This document shows, one piece after another, positions 56,934 to 64,000 of a stretch of 64,000 nucleotides of DNA (position 1 is the first letter of the stretch; every line of letters starts with the position of its first letter). The position numbers were made by a program, and so were the translations under genes. A model generated the notes under the pieces. It was not told the origin of the DNA, made no database searches, and saw only the letters and a list, made by a program, of their open reading frames with translations. The DNA comes from Candidatus Ozemobacteraceae bacterium. Its GTDB lineage: Bacteria; Muiribacteriota; Ozemobacteria; Ozemobacterales; Ozemobacteraceae. The stretch lies in the NCBI GenBank assembly GCA_965140445.1, contig OZ223236.1, positions 4,576,001-4,640,000 on the forward strand, read 5' to 3'.

Positions 56934-59867
56934 ATGAAAAGGATGTGTTCAAAAGAAAATTCAGCAAACAAGCTAAAAGAGAATAATTTAAGAGTTTCGC
57001 TCTTATTTATTTTTCTGTTTATAGGGTTATTTTCTGCAAACTTTTTTTTAAATTCGTATCTAAACCATGCCATTGAAACAGATGAATCATGGAGAAATAA
57101 CCTGGGTAAAAGTCTCAAATTTCAAGAATTATCAAAATTCAAAGAAGATTTAAAACCAAAATCATTATTGCCAGAAATTTTCAGCAAACTTGAACAAAGA
57201 TTAATTTACAGTACTCAAAAAAATAATTATTTTTGGGATCTTTATAGCGACAAAGACAAACCAAAGTTCACCGGCAAAAAGTTTTTGAAATTTCTAAAAC
57301 ATGAACTTTGCAAAAAAGGAATTAAGCCAAGTATGGTTTTTGCTTACGATGAAGATTCTGAAACTTCTGTAAGCCTTCTTAATGACGCCCCTTTGGAAAA
57401 AGTCCAACTTCCATACTTTTTTGAATGCATCAAGAGACAATGCCTGGCTTATGCAAAAATTCCATTTTATGAAGTTACAAGTGAAAGTGAAAATCCATCA
57501 GCCGCAATTTCCAGAATGCTTACAACATTCAACACAACAAAAGTCTTTTACGCTAAAGAGTTAAACACAATATTCACAGACCACAATTCATTCCAAAAAT
57601 TATTTCTATATTTCTCTCCAATTCTAAAAAATGATAAGTTTTATGGTTTTTACGGTGGTGTAATTTATGAATCAGACATAAACCCACAAATACTTCTAAA
57701 AAATGCTTTAAACAGGGTTGTCCCAAATGGAATCACCAGACATTATTTCTTCAAAAAAAATAAGCATGGAAAATCAAAAGAATATTTGTCAGCGGCGATC
57801 CCAAATTCATTTATTTCCATTAACCTTACCCGGAAACGAGCCGCCCGCCCCCAGAATATTTCGATACATTCGTACTCCAAACTTGCGGTTGCGCTAGACC
57901 ACAATTTTTTTGTTTCACCTTACAAGGAAATGGCAAAAAATGTAAATTTTGCATTTGGAATATCAGCACTTGTTTTAATAATGATTTGGTTCAAATCATT
58001 TCTACATGGCCTGATATTTCCAATAAACATAAGAAATAAATTTACCTTTCTCATCGCTCTAATTGTCATTTTCCCCAACATTTTCATCTATTATTTTGCA
58101 AAGTTTTCTTCTGATAATCTCTCTCACTTGAAAACAGCTGCAGCCAAAAACATTTTAGATAATAAATTAGACTTCATTGAGGAGTTAATGGCCGAAGGAG
58201 ACATAAGACAAGTATTACAAACTTTAGAATTAAAATCAAAGTTAACAAAAGAATTTAAGGGATTTGAAAATAAGGAAAAAATAGATTTTTCACCAAAGCT
58301 ACAAGCTACATTTAAAAATTTGACCAACAAAATCATTTTAATGGATTTAAATGGTAAGTTGTTCTCTCCCAGCTATGATACAGAATCAAGAAGATCAAGT
58401 ATTTTACAACTATGTAACATGGCCAAAATTCTCCAACACCTCGGAATGCTTAATCTAAATTCTGAATTAGCCAAATCACACCTAAAAACGGCCTCTTTAA
58501 CTGACGGATTCCTTGGAGAATATTGGAATTCCCTAAATCAAGCCAAAATTCTTGCAGCCGAAGGGGAAAATACTCTTCAACTAACGGCTTTGAATTATGT
58601 TTTACGCATGATTTATTTTTTGGTTCCCAACTTGGAAAGCAAAAGCTTCTCTCCTATTGGTGTATGCTTTACTACTTTTAGAAATTGTTACTATTTCTCA
58701 CAACTTTTCACAAAACTAGATGGTTATCCTCACAAAACCTTTAACTATTCAGAAAACGGTCTCAATTTTGAATTTTCAGTTGCAAATCGTGATGGCATCA
58801 GTGTTTTGGAAGAGTCTGTCTTTAGCAAAGGATCGTCTTCAACAAAATTGAAGAATCTTCTAAACACAGCAACAATATTAAAAAGTAAAGATTTCATAGT
58901 AAGAAGATTTGGAAATGAAACCTTTATCGGCGGTTGGAGATTCCTGCGGACAAAAACTCTCCTGATAGCTGGTAGCTGCAACTTTGTAAACGAGGACGAT
59001 AACTATTTCAAACTTGAAATTTTACCCTGGATTATTCTTTCATTTTCAATTCTCGTGTTATTGCTTTTATCAAAAATTCTCGCAACAATCTTTATTTCTC
59101 CATTAGACGCTCTTTTTAAAGGAGCCACCCTCGTTGATCAAAAAGAAAGATTTGAAACAAGAATCTATTCATCCAGTTATGACGAATTTGATGAATTAAC
59201 TAAAGCCTTTAATCAAATGAACAAAGGACTTCATGAAAAAAAACAGATTTCCAGATTTTTATCAAATCAACTCTTGTCTCATAGTAACGATGCTGCCTCA
59301 AACACCTTAGCCACAACAAAAGAGAAGAAAATGGCAATTTTATTTTCGGATATTCGAAATTTCACCACAATTTCAGAGAAATACAATGCAGAGGATGTGG
59401 TGGAGTTGTTAAATACCTATTTCACATCTATGGAAAAAGCTATCCTTGCCAACGGGGGCACAATAGAAAAGTTTATTGGTGACGCGATCTTCGCCTCATT
59501 TAGTGATGGAGATTTTGAGACAAAAGAAAAAAGAGCTTGCATGGCTGCGTTAGAAATGAAAAAACAACTTCATAAGTTTAATGAACAGAGAAAACAAAAT
59601 AACCTTTTTGAAATAGCTAACGGAGTTGGAATTTCAACAGGAAAAGTTTTTTCCGGCTCACTAGGAATCACAGGCAACCTGGAGTTTATTTTAACAGGAA
59701 AACAGATTGATTTAGCCGCACAACTGGAATCTATTTCAAAAAACTCAAAGCACATTGGGATAATTATCTCAAACGAAGTAGCTCAAGCCATTAAAAACGA
59801 TTTCCGTCTGGAAGCTCTTTCAGATGTTAGCATTGAAAATTGCCATGAGTTGGTTGGGGTTTCTTAA
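56934..59867 (+). CDS. Membrane class III adenylate/guanylate cyclase with HAMP domain (C1-like half-site)
   Basis: TM-sensor-TM-TM-sensor-TM-HAMP (DEFDELTKAFNQM)-CHD: LFSDIRNFT, EKFIGDA, GISTG; but EFILTGKQIDLAAQLE. Alternative start 56943. Confidence 0.88.
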   Translation: MKRMCSKENSANKLKENNLRVSLLFIFLFIGLFSANFFLNSYLNHAIETDESWRNNLGKSLKFQELSKFKEDLKPKSLLPEIFSKLEQRLIYSTQKNNYFWDLYSDKDKPKFTGKKFLKFLKHELCKKGIKPSMVFAYDEDSETSVSLLNDAPLEKVQLPYFFECIKRQCLAYAKIPFYEVTSESENPSAAISRMLTTFNTTKVFYAKELNTIFTDHNSFQKLFLYFSPILKNDKFYGFYGGVIYESDINPQILLKNALNRVVPNGITRHYFFKKNKHGKSKEYLSAAIPNSFISINLTRKRAARPQNISIHSYSKLAVALDHNFFVSPYKEMAKNVNFAFGISALVLIMIWFKSFLHGLIFPINIRNKFTFLIALIVIFPNIFIYYFAKFSSDNLSHLKTAAAKNILDNKLDFIEELMAEGDIRQVLQTLELKSKLTKEFKGFENKEKIDFSPKLQATFKNLTNKIILMDLNGKLFSPSYDTESRRSSILQLCNMAKILQHLGMLNLNSELAKSHLKTASLTDGFLGEYWNSLNQAKILAAEGENTLQLTALNYVLRMIYFLVPNLESKSFSPIGVCFTTFRNCYYFSQLFTKLDGYPHKTFNYSENGLNFEFSVANRDGISVLEESVFSKGSSSTKLKNLLNTATILKSKDFIVRRFGNETFIGGWRFLRTKTLLIAGSCNFVNEDDNYFKLEILPWIILSFSILVLLLLSKILATIFISPLDALFKGATLVDQKERFETRIYSSSYDEFDELTKAFNQMNKGLHEKKQISRFLSNQLLSHSNDAASNTLATTKEKKMAILFSDIRNFTTISEKYNAEDVVELLNTYFTSMEKAILANGGTIEKFIGDAIFASFSDGDFETKEKRACMAALEMKKQLHKFNEQRKQNNLFEIANGVGISTGKVFSGSLGITGNLEFILTGKQIDLAAQLESISKNSKHIGIIISNEVAQAIKNDFRLEALSDVSIENCHELVGVS

Positions 59868-62800
59868 TGGAAAACAAAAATAGTATTAGAGTTTCAAATA
59901 GGATTTCACCAACTCTCTTACTCTTTGCGTTTTTCTGGTTAATAATTTTACCGGCAATGTTTTTGACTAAAACCTATACAGAGTTTAGCAAAACGTTTCT
60001 AAAAACATCATTAGATCAGTCTCTACCAAAAATGAAAAATGAAATGATGGAATTTAAGGAAGAACTGAAGCCAGAAGTGTGGCTCACAAAACAATTAAAA
60101 ACTTTAAATGAGAATATTAATTTTGTGAGTTTTTCAGAAAATGAAAAAAATGTAAAGTTAGAGCAATTTTCTTCTATAAAAGCCAGCTCTCTTGCAAAAA
60201 TTATACAGAAAAAATTAAAGCTGCCCGTATCTGCATTAATCTATCACGGCCCTGATACCAATGAAATCTCTACTTACAAAAACAAAAGTATGGATTTAAT
60301 TTTTAGATTTCCACCCAAAACACTTCTCAGAAGAGCTATGGCCTCAATTAATAGACAATATGAAATGAAGCCCATCAAGTTTTTCTCTACTGTAAAGGAA
60401 CTAAAACGCAATTTTACTAAGCTTCCTCCTGCACTTATCGATCAAAAACATAAGTTCTTGTTTCAAACCGCATTTGGAACAATCCACCCATTCAAAATAT
60501 CACCTGGTATAGTTTTTAAGACCATATCTGCTAGATTTGGAAAAACTGGACCACTGTTTTTTTTCTACCAGAAAGCAACAATTGGTAAAGAAGAAAATGA
60601 AAAAATCCTTGGCGGCTATTTGGTGATTTTTAGACTACAGGATATTTCCCCTGAACGAATCATTGCAGATGCCAAAAAAGCTAATTCAACAAGCATTTTC
60701 AAAAGGCACTTTATTTATTCCAAGAAAAGTATTGGCAAAATTGATGATCTTAGTTTTCATATTTCCAACCAGCTTTTTGAAACAAAAAGTTTTATCCAGA
60801 TAAAAAATGTTCCATCAGGAGAGCAAATGGTTCACCTGATACAAAGGGGAACAATAGTAACAAAAAACCTTAATGATATAAAAAAGCATTTTCCATATCT
60901 GTCTATCAGTCTGAGCAAAAAACACCTAAGACATTGGCTGGACAATAATGCGAAGGATATCTTTTTTCTTGTAAAGCTACTCGTTTTGGCAGCACTTTTT
61001 TTTATTGTCAGAATTCATCTTTTTGGACTGGATTTTAAAGCCTCAATAAAGGTAAAAATACTTCTAGCAAGTTTTACAGCGGGAATTCTTCCAATTTCCA
61101 CACTTGGTTTAAACCTTGCCATGAACCAACAGTTGGACCTAATCTCTCAGGAAGCACAGATAAAGCAACAGTTAGAGACAGAACAAGCTTTGATCACCGA
61201 AGAAATTCAGGAAGAACTAAACTCTTTACGAAATAGAATTTTGTTTCTTTCAGTTAAGTTGGAAAGCAGCAAAAACAATAGAATTAAAATTTTACAAAAT
61301 TGGTTAAATGAATCATGTGCAGATGAAATCACTGTGTCTGGGTTTGATGGAGAAAGCTTTTCGATTGTTTCACCCAATGCTGGCAGCGAAACCTTTGATA
61401 ATGCAGAAAGAACGGCACTAAATGTTTTTAGTAGCTCAGTTGTTGCTCTAATAAACAGATCAGAGGTTATGCAAAAAAACAACGTTAGAAATGAATCCCA
61501 ATTTGTCAAAAATTTAATCCTTTCCAACTCAAAAACCAATGCTCAAACAGCAAACCTTACGAATCAAGGAGAACTGGCCCAAGTTGAGCGAGGTTCTCCT
61601 GATTTCATGTTCTCAAGCTTCATTGTCTATTCGAGACAAAAGATCCCAGACCTGTTTGTAATTATTAGATTTAATACATTTAAACTAATTCAAAGCACTT
61701 TAAAACGGTTAATTGATTCTCATAAATTGGCTTCAAATTGGAGAGGTTTCTCTGTTGAGAATTTTCTCCTCGTATCACAATCATCTAAAACGAATAGACT
61801 TGTTCAATTCTATGCAAAATCCTCCAAACCAATAAATCTTGAAAAAATTTCTGAAAAACTGAATTTGGTTGCCAATAATAGAATGGCAATTCATTTTGAA
61901 AATCTGACATCAGACGGCAAACAATTCCTATACGCCAAAAAACATGAAATGTGGCCAATCACATTCATTTCTAAAACAACAATCCCAAAAGCAACCCTAC
62001 AAAAGAAACAACGCCAGTTTTTCCCAATATTGCTATTTCTCATTTCACTATGTGGATCCATTCTAATTTTCGCACAAATCCTATATGTAAAGCCTCTCGA
62101 AGAGCTGATAAAAGGATTGCAAAGAATTGCAAATGGAGACTTAAATTCAGAGATTTACTTACAAAGCTCAGATGAGCTTGAAACCCTGGCTCAAAAACTT
62201 AATCGCATGAGAAAAGGTCTTAAAGAAAAAGATAAATTGTCCCAATACATCAGCTCAGATGTTTTGAAAGAAATTGAAGAATCAGAAAATGCAGAACTCA
62301 AACCCGGGGGCGAAAGAATAACCGCAGCCATTTTATTTTTAGGACTAGTTTCTTCTAAGCGAGAATTGGAAGAAAACTACAATGAGCAAATGTTTTATCT
62401 TGAAAAGCTGGCTCAACTGTCAGCAGAATCTTCCCACATGTTCCATGGAATAATAGATAAAATAGTTGATAATTCCATAATGATAGTTTTCAGGGAGCAG
62501 GGTATTGAAAGCAACCTGTCGCTATTAGCCCTTAAAGCAACCAAACTCATAATTTCAAACTTCGAAAAGCTCTGCTCAAATAAAGCCTGGTTAATTAAAG
62601 CTGGAATAGATTGTGGAGAAGTTGTATCTGGGAAACTTGGTTCACTGACCGGAAAGCTTGATTACACTGTTATAGGTGATTCAGTGAATACTGCGGCAAG
62701 ATTGAAATCTATCCATCTGCCGGGCTCAGATCATCAAATACTTCTTACCCGCAAAATCTCTAACAATATTCCCAAAGAATTTAATCGTAAAACATTAGGA

Positions 62801-62869
62801 GCAATGACTCTGAAGGGTAAAACAAATCAAGTTGAGGTTGTGGATTTCTGGGAAAATAAAAAGCGCTGA
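59867..62869 (+). CDS. Membrane class III adenylate cyclase homolog with HAMP domain (C2-like half-site)
   Basis: Same architecture; HAMP DELETLAQKLNRM; CHD: LFLGL (Asp lost), DKIVDN, GIDCG, DYTVIGDSVNTAARL, LKGK; TAATG overlap with upstream gene. Confidence 0.88.
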   Translation: MENKNSIRVSNRISPTLLLFAFFWLIILPAMFLTKTYTEFSKTFLKTSLDQSLPKMKNEMMEFKEELKPEVWLTKQLKTLNENINFVSFSENEKNVKLEQFSSIKASSLAKIIQKKLKLPVSALIYHGPDTNEISTYKNKSMDLIFRFPPKTLLRRAMASINRQYEMKPIKFFSTVKELKRNFTKLPPALIDQKHKFLFQTAFGTIHPFKISPGIVFKTISARFGKTGPLFFFYQKATIGKEENEKILGGYLVIFRLQDISPERIIADAKKANSTSIFKRHFIYSKKSIGKIDDLSFHISNQLFETKSFIQIKNVPSGEQMVHLIQRGTIVTKNLNDIKKHFPYLSISLSKKHLRHWLDNNAKDIFFLVKLLVLAALFFIVRIHLFGLDFKASIKVKILLASFTAGILPISTLGLNLAMNQQLDLISQEAQIKQQLETEQALITEEIQEELNSLRNRILFLSVKLESSKNNRIKILQNWLNESCADEITVSGFDGESFSIVSPNAGSETFDNAERTALNVFSSSVVALINRSEVMQKNNVRNESQFVKNLILSNSKTNAQTANLTNQGELAQVERGSPDFMFSSFIVYSRQKIPDLFVIIRFNTFKLIQSTLKRLIDSHKLASNWRGFSVENFLLVSQSSKTNRLVQFYAKSSKPINLEKISEKLNLVANNRMAIHFENLTSDGKQFLYAKKHEMWPITFISKTTIPKATLQKKQRQFFPILLFLISLCGSILIFAQILYVKPLEELIKGLQRIANGDLNSEIYLQSSDELETLAQKLNRMRKGLKEKDKLSQYISSDVLKEIEESENAELKPGGERITAAILFLGLVSSKRELEENYNEQMFYLEKLAQLSAESSHMFHGIIDKIVDNSIMIVFREQGIESNLSLLALKATKLIISNFEKLCSNKAWLIKAGIDCGEVVSGKLGSLTGKLDYTVIGDSVNTAARLKSIHLPGSDHQILLTRKISNNIPKEFNRKTLGAMTLKGKTNQVEVVDFWENKKR

Positions 62870-62911
62870 ATCAAATGCAAAGTCGATTCAACGCCTGTTA
62901 TTTAACAGAAA

Positions 62912-64000
62912 TTAGTTTTTAAGCTTGAGTTTTCTATCCCCAATTCTACACCCATCAATGTCATAAGCTAACGCATATCGAGTTAGAGCTTCTAATACCA
63001 TCGATACTGTAAAAGCCTGGGAGCGCCAATGAGCCAGATCCCAAAACGATGCAGCAAAAAACAAACCAGATTCCCATGTGGCACATTTACCATTTGGAGA
63101 TGCAAAGCGCCCTTTAGTAGATTTATTTTTTGGCTTAACATACCTTACGTTTTTCAATAAATAGGCAACTGCAGCTTTTAAGGAAGATTCATATTCCTGC
63201 TCCAAATTTGCTTCAATGGCAATTTCTTTGCCAATATTTATCAATGACGTAACTCCAAGTGCTGTGGCAAGATGATCACTTTTATCATCTCCACCGGGGA
63301 AAGCGCCTTTGTGTCCTGGATGCTTCCTGGCCCAGAGTTTCTGTTGAATCAGCAAATCTCGAAGGAGCTTTTTCATTGCTGGTCGCATCGCTCCCTCATT
63401 TGCTCCACCATCACGAAACGCTCTTGTTGCAGCATAAGGAAAAATCATGTTCTGAGGATAATACAATCCAGCTTCCGGCCAAGTTTGTTTTTCTATTGCT
63501 TTAGCTATTAAATTAATACATTCCATATAACCTGGCAGATGTCTGTTACCGGTTAATGATAATGACAAAAGGACATTAGAGTTTACAACCACGTCGACAT
63601 TATTCACACCCAAAGGAATAATTCCGATTTCAGGACGATCAAATACTGGTTTATTTTCATCTTTTATCCAGGTCAGATACGCTCCAGAGCCTTTGCCTTT
63701 CCAACCATCGCGACCATCTTCCCGATCACGATCAATATCTCTGAATTTTGAAATCTCTAATAATGCCTGAGTGTCTTCTTCAATACCTGAATCTGGAAAT
63801 CTTTTAGCAAAAAGATACTGAAAAGAAACTGCTGTTGAGGTGTCATCTGCATCATTAGGAATATTGAACAACGCATCCGCCCCAGTTGGGTTCCCTTTCA
63901 TATCCAAACATGCTGACAACCAATATTTAGGAGGCGTTTGCTGCCCTTTAGCCAACATTGCAAAAAGTTTATCAAATTTGGGGTTTAAATATGCCTTTCC
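62912..64000 (-). CDS. Prenyltransferase/class II terpene cyclase-like alpha-barrel protein (5' truncated by window edge)
   Basis: PNDADDTS (DxDDT), VDVVVNSNVL, YYP...FPYA, ATALG, AVAYLL, WRSQAFT..MVLEAL; frame open to 64000. Confidence 0.6.
   Translation of the reverse strand, partial: GKAYLNPKFDKLFAMLAKGQQTPPKYWLSACLDMKGNPTGADALFNIPNDADDTSTAVSFQYLFAKRFPDSGIEEDTQALLEISKFRDIDRDREDGRDGWKGKGSGAYLTWIKDENKPVFDRPEIGIIPLGVNNVDVVVNSNVLLSLSLTGNRHLPGYMECINLIAKAIEKQTWPEAGLYYPQNMIFPYAATRAFRDGGANEGAMRPAMKKLLRDLLIQQKLWARKHPGHKGAFPGGDDKSDHLATALGVTSLINIGKEIAIEANLEQEYESSLKAAVAYLLKNVRYVKPKNKSTKGRFASPNGKCATWESGLFFAASFWDLAHWRSQAFTVSMVLEALTRYALAYDIDGCRIGDRKLKLKN

Noticed and set aside
1..64000. tRNA, rRNA, riboswitch, prophage or IS elements
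   Set aside because: None recognised; intergenic gaps are short and AT-rich. Small RNAs cannot be excluded without a covariance-model search

Overview
AT-rich bacterial chromosome segment (about 58 CDS; no rRNA, tRNA, CRISPR array, integrase or transposase seen). It comes from a diderm, probably anaerobic organism: there are LptA-like, O-antigen and beta-barrel genes and the O2-independent Ahb heme pathway. The gene style is reminiscent of Ca. Riflebacteria, but that is unverified. Main blocks in order: TolB-like/Usp; dead radical-SAM-aroQ-U32 operon; rfbDC-DPPR synthase-Wzz-Wzy/WaaL glycan genes; dppABC-peptidase C26; a redox/cytochrome locus (2 TlpA, PPIase, HAMP protein, 10(+1)-heme cytochrome c, HemX/CcsA-like, sirC-hemA-hemC-cobA/hemD-ahbC); a Thr-rich Ig-domain lipoprotein and a predicted beta-barrel carrying a CxxCH motif; glgP; a three-gene accessory islet; YejM-like/lptA; helicase-tsaEBD-mutL-miaA; a BON/Zn-ribbon protein with a 111-bp tandem repeat; TPR and an orphan GspG-like pilin; hemB-ahbD-ahbA-ahbB-hemL; two tandem membrane class III cyclases; and a partial DxDDT terpene-cyclase-like gene. 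Top candidates for new biology: (1) the two translationally coupled cyclases have complementary catalytic half-sites, suggesting an obligate C1/C2-like heterodimeric bacterial adenylate cyclase; (2) a heme-motif beta-barrel near a multiheme cytochrome locus with an atypical maturation set; (3) a catalytically dead B12-radical SAM protein. All family calls rest on motif recognition, not database searches.
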